A stretch of 64,000 nucleotides of DNA. Origin: Gemmatimonadota bacterium. GTDB taxonomy: Bacteria > Gemmatimonadota > Gemmatimonadetes > Gemmatimonadales > GWC2-71-9. Below, in pieces: positions 36,539-46,022 of this stretch (position 1 is the first letter of the stretch; each line of letters begins with the position of its first letter). Below the pieces are notes generated by a model. That model made no database searches, had not been told where the DNA came from, and saw only the letters and a list, made by a program, of their open reading frames with translations. The translations under genes and the position numbers were made by a program. The DNA is taken from contig JBDHDH010000003.1 in NCBI GenBank assembly GCA_039591615.1, forward strand, positions 46,670-110,669, given 5' to 3'.

Positions 36539-37399
36539 ATGATCACCGTCCGCGTTCCCGCCTCGACCTCAAACCTCGGTGCCGGTTTCGACTGGCTGGG
36601 CCTCGCGCTCGATCTGTGGCTCGAGGCCCGAATAGTCGAAGGGGATTCGCCCGCGGCGTTCACCGGAACGCTCGCCAAACTCGATCCCGCACATGATATC
36701 GTGACGAAGATACTCGGAGAGAGCATGCCGGCGGACCATCACTTGGAGCTCTCGTCGGACATTCCGGTGAGCCGGGGGCTCGGTTCGTCCGCCGCGGCGG
36801 TCGTGGCGGGACTGGCACTGGAGCGACTCGTCGGTAAGCGGGTCCCCTCACGGGAGCAGATCTTCCAGCGTGGTGCTCGGCTGGAAGGCCACCCTGACAA
36901 CGTCGCTCCGGCAGTATACGGCGGGCTGGTGCTCGCGGGGGACCGGCCAACGCTGCTCACCTTCCACGACGATCTCGCTGTCGCCCTCGCCGTCCCGGAC
37001 ACCAGCGTGGACACCAAACGCGCGCGTGCGCTCCTCCCGGATCGGGTCGCGCGCGGCGTCGCGGTCGAGCAGGCGAAACGGGCCGCCGCGCTGGTGCAGG
37101 GGCTCGTGACCGGTAACGGTGAGCTTCTTTCGTTCGGTATGGAAGACGAACTCGCAGTGCCGTGTCGCAGGTCACTGATCACAGGGTTTGACTTGGCGGT
37201 TCGCGCTGGGACCAAGGCGGGTGCATACGGCGTCACCATCTCGGGATCCGGATCCGGGTTGGTGGCCATCGGACCGAAAGGACGAACCGAACGAATCGCG
37301 ACCACCATGGCGGAGGCGCTCACGACAGCCGGGAATCCAGCGATTCCCCTCGCGCCCCTCGTGTCAAGCAGTGGATTCTCGGTCGTCCACTCCTCGTGA
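36539..37399 (+). CDS. thrB: Homoserine kinase
   Basis: Begins MITVRVPASTSNLGAGFD and carries the GHMP kinase motif PVSRGLGSSAAAV. Confidence 0.9.
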   Translation: MITVRVPASTSNLGAGFDWLGLALDLWLEARIVEGDSPAAFTGTLAKLDPAHDIVTKILGESMPADHHLELSSDIPVSRGLGSSAAAVVAGLALERLVGKRVPSREQIFQRGARLEGHPDNVAPAVYGGLVLAGDRPTLLTFHDDLAVALAVPDTSVDTKRARALLPDRVARGVAVEQAKRAAALVQGLVTGNGELLSFGMEDELAVPCRRSLITGFDLAVRAGTKAGAYGVTISGSGSGLVAIGPKGRTERIATTMAEALTTAGNPAIPLAPLVSSSGFSVVHSS

Positions 37400-37489
37400 G
37401 CGGCTCCGGTCTAGACTATCCTACCCCACATCTCCGTCGTCGCCACCACTGGCTACATAAGTGACCCGCGGGACACGAATGACGGGTTC

Positions 37490-38007
37490 TCATTGGGCGC
37501 CGGAGCGCTGTTTCAGCCAACTGAGGCGAGTTTCGATCTATTTCGCGTGATGCCGGCAATGCACGTAATGAAAACGGACCCACTCGGGCAGATTGAGATC
37601 CCCAGCAATGGGATGGCGGACAAACACTTCCAGTTGTCGTTGCTCCGGCCAAGTATCCACCATCGTGGCGAGACGTTCGACGCCCACGCGAAACTGCGCG
37701 GCAACCAACTCCGGATCCGGGTCCTCATGCGGGCGGACCGGCTCTGGTGACTGGATACCAGTTGGAATTCGTCCGACCCCGAGCAGCAGATGTCGGACAA
37801 TGGTCTGATGGGGCTCGCTCGACGCTTCATGGTACCGCGATCGGCCCGGCGCTCGAACGCGCTGGCAACGATATCCACACCCATGGCAAGGTGCTGAAGA
37901 ATCTGACAGACGCTCCACCTCCCCGCAGGTGCCCGCTGCCAGTCGGGCCCTCGGAGCCCATTGACAGGCTCGAGTACCAGCCGTTCCAGCTGATGCCGGA
38001 CTTTCAT
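37490..38007 (-). pseudogene. DinB-family (DinB_2-like) gene disrupted by a frameshift and a premature TAG
   Basis: The N-terminus (MKVRHQLERLV...APAGRWSVCQILQHLAMG) is in the frame of ORF 37513-38007. The C-terminal part (GRIPTGIQSPEPVRP...PEWVRFHYVHCRHHAK) is in the frame of ORF 37538-37918. That frame hits TAG at 37538-37540 and then continues IETRLSWLKQRSGAQ* to 37490. Confidence 0.55.
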
Positions 38008-38029
38008 TGCTGACGGCTGCTTTTCTCTT

Positions 38030-38479
38030 TCAGTCGCCCGATCCCGTCAACGCGATGCACTCGATCTCGACGCGTGCGTTCAGTGCAAGGCCGCTTCCAG
38101 CTACCGTCGAACGTGCCGGTGGATCCTCTGGGAAGAACGTCCCGTAGACTTCATTCATCGCCGCATATTCGGTGATATCGACGAGGAAGACCGTGCACTT
38201 GACGACATGCTCGAGGGAGCTTCCGATCTGCTTCAGCGTCGTTTTGATATTCTCGATGGTCTGCCGCGTCTCCGCCGCGATCCCGCCGGACACGAGTGTG
38301 GTCGTGCCGGGCTGGATGCCGATCTGTCCCGACAGATAGATCATGTTGCCTACCCGGACGGCGGACGAGAACGGGAAGCCCTCAGGAGCACCTGGAAGCT
38401 GAATGACCTCTTTCTCCTGGGCCGCAACCGGGCCAACGGCTAGCGCGACTCCTGTCAGGGCGAGGAACAATGCCCGCAT
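38030..38479 (-). CDS. RidA/YjgF family protein with an N-terminal signal peptide
   Basis: ORF 38030-38512 trimmed to ATG 38479 (MRALFLALTGVALAVGPVAAQ). The RidA core reads FSSAVRVGNMIYLSGQIG...VVKCTVFL...PARSTV. Confidence 0.85.
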   Translation of the reverse strand: MRALFLALTGVALAVGPVAAQEKEVIQLPGAPEGFPFSSAVRVGNMIYLSGQIGIQPGTTTLVSGGIAAETRQTIENIKTTLKQIGSSLEHVVKCTVFLVDITEYAAMNEVYGTFFPEDPPARSTVAGSGLALNARVEIECIALTGSGD

Positions 38480-38607
38480 GTCTCCCCCTATCTCGCTTTG
38501 GGGCGGCAGCACTCGGCGCCGCGTTCACAGGACCCACCGTCACCACCACGTTACTCGCTTTGTGACATTCGAAATGTCTGCATCGCTGGTGATTTCGACC
38601 ACGTCCC

Positions 38608-38862
38608 TCAGGCTTGTGCCTCATCGATTGCCGTTACAATGGAGTCAAACAGGGTGGCCTTTGGAGTCAGCTCTCCTCTTTCGTCCCTGTGGATGTACCA
38701 CTGACACATTTCTGCCATCGCCATGGCCTCATCGTCGCTGAGGGTCACCGCATACGTGTTTCCCTCTTGCCGCGCACCAGCAACACGTTTTCTCAGATTG
38801 TCGGGAATCTCGGGCGTATTGCTGAGCGCCGCGAGCATTTCGGTTGTCATCTGGATCTGCAT
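38608..38862 (-). CDS. Hypothetical small protein (84 aa)
   Basis: Same strand as its neighbours, 19 nt after the upstream gene, with non-shadow-like composition (MQIQMTTEMLAALSNTPEIPDNLRKRV...). No family recognised. Confidence 0.45.
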   Translation of the reverse strand: MQIQMTTEMLAALSNTPEIPDNLRKRVAGARQEGNTYAVTLSDDEAMAMAEMCQWYIHRDERGELTPKATLFDSIVTAIDEAQA

Positions 38863-38881
38863 CGGGCACGCCCTCCGCTCG

Positions 38882-39382
38882 TTATTGCTCCATGGATCCG
38901 GTCACCGCGATTTTCCACCCGTTCCCGGTCTTGACGAACAGCCGTTCGGAGACGCCATCGGTCGTATCTCTTCCTTCAACCGCCCTGTAGGAGAACGCGC
39001 CCCACACAACGCCAGGCGCGATCCACCTGAAGGTGGGTTGCTCAGCAAGGAAGGTGTCGGGCCACTGTTCGCTCGCCCGGCGCGCTTCGGCAAACCACCT
39101 GAACCCCTGCTGAACACCTTGAGATGTGGCGACGACGAACTCAGGTGAATCCAAGTAGTGCGCCAGGTAGGCCTCCGCGTCCCGCTCGTGGATGGCTGCG
39201 AGATTGCTCTCCAAAGCCGCCATTGCTCCGGTCAGATCCTGCGCCTTCATCGCCTCGAGACTGGAGCGCCCACAGCCGGCTACGAGCAGCGAGAGAGCGG
39301 TCAGTCCCACCGTGAGGCGGGCCGCGCTGGGCACAAAGACGTGCGCGCCCCTGTTATGCGGAACCACATATCGTCTCGCCAT
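38882..39382 (-). CDS. NTF2-like (SnoaL/DUF4440-type) lipoprotein
   Basis: ORF 38882-39427 trimmed to ATG 39382, which overlaps the dipeptidase stop (ATGA). Lipobox LVAGC. The body pattern LESNLAAIHERDAEAYLAHY...W is NTF2-like. Confidence 0.6.
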   Translation of the reverse strand: MARRYVVPHNRGAHVFVPSAARLTVGLTALSLLVAGCGRSSLEAMKAQDLTGAMAALESNLAAIHERDAEAYLAHYLDSPEFVVATSQGVQQGFRWFAEARRASEQWPDTFLAEQPTFRWIAPGVVWGAFSYRAVEGRDTTDGVSERLFVKTGNGWKIAVTGSMEQ

Positions 39383-40686
39383 CAGTGCCTGGCAGTGGGT
39401 CGCTCCCAGGATGGCCCGACGTCCCACCCATCGAGGAGCTCGATCTGGGCCGTGCTCGGTGGCCGCTCCTGCTGCAGCCGAGCCGCAACGGCCTCAACCT
39501 GACGCATGACACGCAGCACGTTGAGCCCAATGACCTTCTTGGCATCCTCGTCACTCCAGCCACGGCGCAACAACACTCCGATCAGTGCCGGGAATGTGGA
39601 GACGTCCTCCAGCCCGATGGGAGGAACCTCGATCCCGTCCAAGTCGGATCCGATCCCCACGTGATCGGCACCGGCAACGTCTCGAACATGTTCGATGAGG
39701 TCAGCGACCACATCGATGTCCGGTCGTGGCATGGGGTTGAGGCGAACCCACCCGCGAACCGAATCGGCTGTGAGCACGCTATCACCTGTCACTTCAAGGA
39801 TGGATGTCCGGACCGAATCACGCACTGTATACCACTGACGACTTGGCTCGTGAATGAACGATGCCACGTAGTTCACCATCATGACCCCACCGTTCTCCTT
39901 CAGGGCCCGGGTGATGTCATCGGGAACGTTTCGCGGATGCGATGTGAAGATGCGGGGCGAAGAATGGGAGAAGATCACTGGTGCTTCGGTGATCTCCAGG
40001 ACATCCCACACGGTCGAATCCGAGACATGCGAGAGGTCCACGAGCATACCCAGGCGGTTCATTTCTCTCACGACTTCCTCACCGAACTTCGTGAGCCCCC
40101 CGTGCCTGAGCGAATCGGTCGACGCATCGGCCCAATCTGTATGTCGGGAGTGGGTCAGCGTCATGTACCGCACGCCGAGGCGGTAGAAACTGCGCAGCAC
40201 CGGGAGGGAATTCTCGATCATGTGGCCGCCCTCGAGACCCATGAGCGAAGCAACCTTGCCAGCCCGGTGGATACGTAGGATGTCATTCGCCAAGTGGGCG
40301 ATCTCGAACGCACCCGGATAGCGCTCTACCATGCGATGGACCACGTCCACCTGCTCCATCCCGGTGCGTGCAGCGTTCGCCCTCGTAAAGCTGACTGGGG
40401 TGTACACGGACCAGAACTGTCCGCCGACGAGTCCCAGTCTTAGCCGTTCGAGGTCGGTCATCATGTGAGGTTGTGGTTTGGCGATATCAAGGGAGTCGAA
40501 GCTCAATGCGTAGTTGGCACGAAGCTCCCACGGAAGGTCGTTGTGTCCATCGATGAGCGGCACCTCGCGCATCAGCCGCTTGGCCCGCTCCAGGTAGGGA
40601 TCGCCCGATTGCGCCCCCCCGTTGGAGGCCATGACGATGCTCATGGCAAGGACGGTTATGCCGCCGAGCATGACGCGGTGATTCAT
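39382..40686 (-). CDS. Membrane (renal-type) dipeptidase, M19 family, secreted
   Basis: Signal peptide followed by [14 protein letters not shown] and GGQFWSVY, characteristic of M19. Confidence 0.9.
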   Translation of the reverse strand: MNHRVMLGGITVLAMSIVMASNGGAQSGDPYLERAKRLMREVPLIDGHNDLPWELRANYALSFDSLDIAKPQPHMMTDLERLRLGLVGGQFWSVYTPVSFTRANAARTGMEQVDVVHRMVERYPGAFEIAHLANDILRIHRAGKVASLMGLEGGHMIENSLPVLRSFYRLGVRYMTLTHSRHTDWADASTDSLRHGGLTKFGEEVVREMNRLGMLVDLSHVSDSTVWDVLEITEAPVIFSHSSPRIFTSHPRNVPDDITRALKENGGVMMVNYVASFIHEPSRQWYTVRDSVRTSILEVTGDSVLTADSVRGWVRLNPMPRPDIDVVADLIEHVRDVAGADHVGIGSDLDGIEVPPIGLEDVSTFPALIGVLLRRGWSDEDAKKVIGLNVLRVMRQVEAVAARLQQERPPSTAQIELLDGWDVGPSWERPTARH

Positions 40687-40913
40687 GAATCCCCTTCCTC
40701 GCAGTTATGACGAGCAGGCTTGGCCACGTACCCGCTGCACCGCAGGACCGGTAACCGCGGATACTTCGAAAACCGAGGATCGGATACAGACAGCTGACAG
40801 TACCAAAACGTCGATCCGCGGCGGCCGCTCACAACCCGACTCAGCGCACAGGACCCACAGAGCCCAACGTGCGCCGAATCGTGCCCAGCCGCAGCCGATT
40901 GCCGGTGTCGCAT
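40683..40913 (-). CDS. Small Cys-rich protein (CxxC...C...C), conserved hypothetical
   Basis: ORF 40683-40925; ATG 40913. The stop overlaps the M19 ATG (ATGA). The pattern [45 protein letters not shown] resembles a small family I recall from actinobacterial genomes. This is not verified. Confidence 0.5.
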   Translation of the reverse strand: MRHRQSAAAGHDSAHVGLCGSCALSRVVSGRRGSTFWYCQLSVSDPRFSKYPRLPVLRCSGYVAKPARHNCEEGDS

Positions 40914-40944
40914 CCCTTCCGACACACGGTTAAATTAACCAACT

Positions 40945-41196
40945 ATGGGCAACTTCAACTGCAGTCGCTGCAAACAACCCGGGAAGCAACTTGCCGCACC
41001 TCCCCTCCGCAGCGAATTGGGGTCCCGCATCTACGATTCGATATGCCAGACTTGTTGGGGGGAATGGCTGCAGCACCAGACAGCGATTATCAACCATTAC
41101 GGCCTCCATCCGTGGGAGCCCGAAGCGCGCAAGTTTCTCACCGAGCAAACGGAGCTATACCTCTTTGGCCAACCGAAGACCCAACCCCAGGGTTGA
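40945..41196 (+). CDS. yggX: Fe(2+)-trafficking / oxidative damage protection protein YggX
   Basis: 83 aa. The pattern CSRC...G..LAAPPLRSELGSRIYDSICQTCWGEWLQHQTAIINHYGL...ARKFL...FG follows the YggX pattern. Confidence 0.8.
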   Translation: MGNFNCSRCKQPGKQLAAPPLRSELGSRIYDSICQTCWGEWLQHQTAIINHYGLHPWEPEARKFLTEQTELYLFGQPKTQPQG

Positions 41197-41704
41197 GGCG
41201 CATATCGGTTTCGTCGTCAACGGCGAACCGACCGAAGTCTCATTTGCTCCGCACAAGACACTGCTCGAAGTCCTCCGGGAAGACCTTGACCTCACGGGCA
41301 CGAAGCACGGCTGCGAGCTCGGAGAGTGCGGCACCTGTACCGTCCTTCTCGACGGGCAGCCGGTGCTGTCTTGCCTGGTCCTCGGGATAGCCTGCGAGGG
41401 AAGGCGTATCCGCACGGTTGAAGGGATGCGGGAGGGGCCGCATCTCCATCCGCTCCAGGACGCGTTTGCCGAGCTCGGGGCGGCACAGTGCGGGTATTGC
41501 ACGCCAGGGTTGTTGCTAACGGCGGAAGCTCTCCTCGACGAGAACTCCTCCCCGAGTCGCGACGAGATCAAGAACGCGCTCTCTGGCAACCTCTGCCGGT
41601 GCACCGGCTACATCAAAATCTACGAAGCGGTCGAGCTGGCCGCCGCTCGCATGCGCGGCGAAGATGCTCGGCCGACGGCGGAGACAATATATGGGCGGCG
41701 GTGA
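41165..41704 (+). CDS. (2Fe-2S)-binding small subunit of a xanthine dehydrogenase family enzyme (HcrC-like)
   Basis: This is the internal part of ORF 40991-41704. Motifs GCELGECGTCTV, then CGYCTPG and CRCTGY. The nearest in-frame start before the domain is TTG 41165, which overlaps the yggX end by 32 nt. The start is uncertain. Confidence 0.8.
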   Translation: MANRRPNPRVEAHIGFVVNGEPTEVSFAPHKTLLEVLREDLDLTGTKHGCELGECGTCTVLLDGQPVLSCLVLGIACEGRRIRTVEGMREGPHLHPLQDAFAELGAAQCGYCTPGLLLTAEALLDENSSPSRDEIKNALSGNLCRCTGYIKIYEAVELAAARMRGEDARPTAETIYGRR

Positions 41705-44150
41705 TCGCCGGCAGGGCGGCCCCACCCGGGTTATCGGCACCCCGCAGCGCAAAGTCGATGCGGCGGCCAAGGTCACCGGCGAGACCCTCTTCTCCGATGA
41801 TCTCGTACTGCCGCGCATGTTGTACGCTAGGATTCTCCGAAGCACACAACCGCACGCGCGCATCGCTCATATCGACGCCTCGGCTGCGGAAGCGATCGAG
41901 GGCGTCAAGGCCGTGCTCACGGGGGAAGCCCTCCCGACTGCGTTCGGGATCCTCCCGGTCAGTCAGGACGAGCACACCCTCGCGGTCCACAAAGTGCGTT
42001 TCATCGGTGACCCCGTTGCCGCGGTAGCCGCCGTCACCGAGGAGATCGCCACCGAAGCGATCGACGCCATCCAGGTCGAATACGAGCCACTGGAGCCCAT
42101 CACCTCGGCCGAGGAAGCCACAGAAAAGCCAGATCCGCGAATTCACGATTACGGTCCCGCCGGGAATTTCCACAAGCTGATCGATCTGGAATTCGGCGAC
42201 GTCGATCAAGGGTTCGGGGAAGCCGGTTTGGTGCGCGAGGACTTCTTTTTCTACGAAGGTAGCACGCACCTTCCCATGGAACAGCACGCGGCCGTGGCGA
42301 GCTGGTCTCCGGACGAAAAACTCACGCTCTGGAGCTCCACGCAAACACCGCACTATGTGCACCGCGCGCTGGCCAAGGTTCTCGGGCTGCTAGCCGCTCA
42401 CATTCGTGTGGTCGCGTGTCCGAATGGTGGCGGCTTCGGCGGGAAGAGCGATCCCTTCAGCCACGAAATCGTGGTCGCGAAACTGGCGATGATGACGGGC
42501 CGGCCCGTCAAGATCACCTTGACTCGCGAAGAGGTGTTTTACTGTCACCGCGGACGGCACCCGACGCTCATGTGGGTGAAGACCGGGGTGGCGAGGGACG
42601 GGAGCATCAAGGGAATGCACTTCCGTACCCTCTTGGATGGTGGCGCCTACGGATCGTATGGCGTGGCAAGCACCTACTACACGGGGGCGCTTCAAACCGT
42701 TACGTACCACGTCGAACGATACAAATTCCAAGGTGCACGCGTCTTCACCAACAAAGCTCCCTGTGGGCCCAAGCGAGGACACGGTACCCCACAACCGCGT
42801 TTCGCCCTGGAAATCCACATCGATAAGATCGCCGAAGACCTGGGGATCGACCCCGCGGAGCTCAGACTCAAGCACCTGGTTCCGGCCGAATCGCTCACGG
42901 CCAACTACCTCAGCGTCGGATCCATGGGGTTGGGCGAGTGCATCCGTCGAGTCACCGATGGCGCGCGGTGGAAGGAGCGCTTCCGGAAGCTGCCCCTCGG
43001 CAGGGGGGTCGGTCTCGCCTGCTCGAGCTACATCACCGGCGCTGGCTTGGCCATCTACTGGAACGACATGCCCCACTCGGGCGTGCAGCTGAAGTGCGAC
43101 CGCGGTGGAGGCGTGACAGTCTTCTGCGGTTCGACGGACATCGGGCAAGGATCGGATTCGGTCCTGGCTTACGTCGTCGCCGAGATACTGGGGATCGAAC
43201 CGCTCGACCTCCGCATCGTCACCGCAGACACCGATCTGACGCCCGTCGACCTCGGCAGCTACTCCAGCCGAGTGACACTGATGACGGGAAACGCGGCGAT
43301 TCAGGCGGCAGAACGCGCACGAACCATTCTCGCCCAACATGCGGCCAAGGCTCTCGAGGTACCGGTTGATCGACTCGTGTTCGCGGACCGGCGCGTCTTC
43401 GACGCCGAAGATCCTGACAACGGAATGAGCTTCGCCGAAGCCGTCGTACGCGCCGAAGCCGCGCATGGCACGGTGGGAACAGTGGGATCGTACACCCCGC
43501 CGAATAGCGCAGGCCGGTATCGCGGAGCGGGGGTTGGCCCCTCCCCGGCCTACTCCTATAGCGCGGCGGTCGCTGAAGCGGAGGTGGATCCGGCAACCGG
43601 GATCGTGCGGATTCCCAAGATCTGGATCGCCCACGACGTAGGCCGGTGTATCAACCCCGTGAACGTGATGGGTCAGGTCGAGGGAAGCGTGTACATGGGG
43701 TTGGGTGAAGCGGTGATGGAGGAAATGGCCTACCGCAGCAACCGCAGCGTGGTCCACAAGATGCCGAGCCTCTTGGAGTACAAGAGTCCCACAACGCTCG
43801 AGATGTGTGACGTGGTGACCTACCTGGTCGAGGATCCTGATCCCGCAGGGCCATTTGGCGCGAAAGAAGTGGGCCAAGGTCCCTTGCTTCCGATACCACC
43901 TGCAATTGCAAACGCCGTGTACGACGCTGTGGGCGTTCGGGTCGATGAGGTACCCCTCACTCCGGAGAAGGTCCTCAAAGCGCTCAAGCGGAAAGCCGCT
44001 GGCCAAGAGCCCCGCGTGGGACCGACGAAGTTTCCGGAGATCCCTTGGCCCGAGCCGATTCGGGTGCCCCCGCCTTGGGAAGGCGGTGATGGGCGGGCTG
44101 TCTCGGCGACTCCCGTGACAGCCAGCGTCCCCGAGGAGCGCCAGCACTGA
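41691..44150 (+). CDS. Molybdopterin-binding large subunit of a xanthine dehydrogenase family enzyme (HcrA-like)
   Basis: ORF 41664-44150 trimmed to ATG 41691. The start IGTPQRKVDAAAKVTGETLFSDDL...ARILRS..PHARI is the a/b-hammerhead start. About 820 aa. Confidence 0.9.
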   Translation: MGGGDRRQGGPTRVIGTPQRKVDAAAKVTGETLFSDDLVLPRMLYARILRSTQPHARIAHIDASAAEAIEGVKAVLTGEALPTAFGILPVSQDEHTLAVHKVRFIGDPVAAVAAVTEEIATEAIDAIQVEYEPLEPITSAEEATEKPDPRIHDYGPAGNFHKLIDLEFGDVDQGFGEAGLVREDFFFYEGSTHLPMEQHAAVASWSPDEKLTLWSSTQTPHYVHRALAKVLGLLAAHIRVVACPNGGGFGGKSDPFSHEIVVAKLAMMTGRPVKITLTREEVFYCHRGRHPTLMWVKTGVARDGSIKGMHFRTLLDGGAYGSYGVASTYYTGALQTVTYHVERYKFQGARVFTNKAPCGPKRGHGTPQPRFALEIHIDKIAEDLGIDPAELRLKHLVPAESLTANYLSVGSMGLGECIRRVTDGARWKERFRKLPLGRGVGLACSSYITGAGLAIYWNDMPHSGVQLKCDRGGGVTVFCGSTDIGQGSDSVLAYVVAEILGIEPLDLRIVTADTDLTPVDLGSYSSRVTLMTGNAAIQAAERARTILAQHAAKALEVPVDRLVFADRRVFDAEDPDNGMSFAEAVVRAEAAHGTVGTVGSYTPPNSAGRYRGAGVGPSPAYSYSAAVAEAEVDPATGIVRIPKIWIAHDVGRCINPVNVMGQVEGSVYMGLGEAVMEEMAYRSNRSVVHKMPSLLEYKSPTTLEMCDVVTYLVEDPDPAGPFGAKEVGQGPLLPIPPAIANAVYDAVGVRVDEVPLTPEKVLKALKRKAAGQEPRVGPTKFPEIPWPEPIRVPPPWEGGDGRAVSATPVTASVPEERQH

Positions 44151-44152
44151 TC

Positions 44153-45142
44153 ATGCTCCGGCTTCCCCCGTTTCTGTACCTCCAACCCAAGACACTCCGC
44201 GACGCATTGCGGATGAAGCAGGATGCCGGGCCAAACGGCATGTACGTCGCGGGGGGAACCGATCTCTATCCAAACATGAAGCGTCGCCACCAGGAGCCCA
44301 AGACCGTGATCTCCCTCGCGGAGATCCACGCGTTGCGCAGGGTCACCGGAGGGACGAAGGGCTCGGCGCTCTCGGTTGGCGCGGGTGTCACGCTGACGGA
44401 GCTCAAAGGCCACCGGAAAATTCGGGACCGCTACCCTGTGATCTCCCGTACGGCAGAGCTCATCAGCACGCCCATTCTCCAAAACATGGGGACCCTCGGC
44501 GGGAACCTCTGTCTCGACACACGCTGCAACTACTACAATCAGTCGTACGAGTGGCGGAAGGCAATCCACTTCTGCATGAAGAAGGACGGCGACATCTGCT
44601 GGGTAGCCCCATCCAGCCCCCGCTGTTGGGCCATCTGCTCTAGCGACCTCGCGCCTGTCGCGGTGGCGATAGGAGCTGAACTGACCCTCGCCGGCCCGGA
44701 CGCTGAACGCGTGCTGCCCTCACAGCGCTTCTTCCACGACGACGGGATCACCTACCTCACGAAGCACCCCGACGAGATCCTCACCGACGTCCGGCTGCCG
44801 GCCGCCAACGCCTGGGATGCCGTCTACTGGAAACTGCGACGGCGGGACGCGTTCGACTTCCCGGTGCTTGGCGTGGCTGCCTACGTGCACTGGGATGGAT
44901 CTCGGGTCGCCGACGCGCGCATCGTGCTGGGCGCAGTCGCGAGTTACCCCTTTGAGATTGCTGAAGCCGCAGAGGCGGTCGTGGGCACCGAACTCGAAGA
45001 CGATGCCATCAGGGCCGCCGCAGATGCCGCCTTCAAGCCGTCCAAGCCAATGGACAATGCCGACTTCGGGTTGGCTTGGCGGAAACACATGACTCGGGAA
45101 TACGTAAAGGGCGCGCTCGAAGAGCTGCGGAAGCGGCGGTAA
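44153..45142 (+). CDS. FAD-binding medium subunit with a Cys-rich insertion (HcrB-like)
   Basis: FAD-binding motif AGGTDLYP. It carries an inserted loop, GNLCLDTRCNYYNQSYEWRKAIHFCMKKDGDICWVAPSSPRCWAIC. Confidence 0.85.
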   Translation: MLRLPPFLYLQPKTLRDALRMKQDAGPNGMYVAGGTDLYPNMKRRHQEPKTVISLAEIHALRRVTGGTKGSALSVGAGVTLTELKGHRKIRDRYPVISRTAELISTPILQNMGTLGGNLCLDTRCNYYNQSYEWRKAIHFCMKKDGDICWVAPSSPRCWAICSSDLAPVAVAIGAELTLAGPDAERVLPSQRFFHDDGITYLTKHPDEILTDVRLPAANAWDAVYWKLRRRDAFDFPVLGVAAYVHWDGSRVADARIVLGAVASYPFEIAEAAEAVVGTELEDDAIRAAADAAFKPSKPMDNADFGLAWRKHMTREYVKGALEELRKRR

Positions 45143-45584
45143 TCTCCGGGGAGCGCATTCCCGACCGCGAGTCATCGCTGCCCGGCCGGCGTTTTGGACC
45201 CCACCGGGCCGTCTACCTCGGCGGCGGAATCCACTCGGCCCGCTTCTCAATCGGGGGACGAAGGCCAACCCGGTCCTCGGGCGCGTGGTTGAGCGCTCAC
45301 CGGTCGAGTTCGGTCACAAGCCGGCGGAGAGGCTCGCTTCCTGTCAGCAAGTGCCCATCCGGCGACTCACGGACGCCGCGCGGCTGCACTCGGCATGGCG
45401 GCGAGTCACCTACCGTACGAACACGCCAATGCGCCGAAAAGGCGGCGATGGGGCCATCGAGGTGCCGGATACCCTCGTGTGGCAGCAGGTTGTGCGAGAT
45501 GTCTCGTCGCCGTAGCCTGTCACGAATCAGAGCAAATGGAAATCATCGCCCCGTCCTTTCACACCGTTCGCCTCGGAGCAGGGC

Positions 45585-45668
45585 ATGGGTTCGCTACGAG
45601 ACAAGATCGCGGTAGTCGCGGGCGCCACCCGCGGTGCCGGCAGAGGGATCGCGTCCGCTCTGCGCGAA
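45585..45668 (+). pseudogene. 5' remnant of a short-chain dehydrogenase (SDR) gene
   Basis: MGSLRDKIAVVAGATRGAGRGIASALREA is a canonical SDR N-terminal Rossmann start (TGxxxGxG-like). No SDR sequence follows. It runs in frame into the next small gene. Confidence 0.4.
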
Positions 45669-45710
45669 GCCGTCGAGGGATCGACTAGTCCTCCGGAGAG
45701 CGGGTGCGAG

Positions 45711-46022
45711 ATGAGCCAACGGAAGCCCGAATTGGAGGTAGATCTCACCGTGCCACAGATAAGCGTGCAACGTGCCGATGACAGCACATTCCATGTGACG
45801 GTTGCGGGTCCGTCCACGACCACTCACGACGTCACCGTGGATCCGTCGTATCATCAACGCCTCGCCGGCAATCGGTGCCCACCCGAAGTGTTGGTCGAGC
45901 GATCGTTCGAGTTTCTTCTGGAGCGGGAGCCCAACACGGCCATTCTGCGCCGTTTTGACCTCACCGTGATCGGTCAGTACTTCCCCGAATACGAGCGAGA
46001 GATTCGCAAGCGGCTCCCATGA
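45711..46022 (+). CDS. Conserved hypothetical small protein (103 aa)
   Basis: ATG 45711 is preceded by ggagagcggg. The C-terminal pattern VLVERSFEFLLEREPNTAILRRFDLTVIGQYFPEYEREI resembles a small family I recall seeing in high-GC genomes. Unverified. Confidence 0.55.
   Translation: MSQRKPELEVDLTVPQISVQRADDSTFHVTVAGPSTTTHDVTVDPSYHQRLAGNRCPPEVLVERSFEFLLEREPNTAILRRFDLTVIGQYFPEYEREIRKRLP

Noticed and set aside
42390-44147. Very long antisense ORFs: the 585-aa ORF opposite the Moco subunit, the 414-aa ORF 21568-22812 opposite polX, ORF 4171-5109, ORF 3109-4236, and ORF 55871-56728.
   Set aside because: They have Arg/Pro/Gly/Ala-rich composition and lie opposite to, or off-frame from, genes with clear family motifs. 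This is typical shadow-ORF behaviour in high-GC DNA.
45298-45500. Minus-strand reading ...VRESPDGHLLTGSEPLRRLVTELDR*, resembling the C-terminus of an alpha/beta hydrolase (GH catalytic His context).
   Set aside because: Only about 25 residues look convincing. There is no upstream continuation and no start codon, and the ORF is shorter than 60 aa. It is mentioned only as possible debris in the 45.1-45.7 kb gap.
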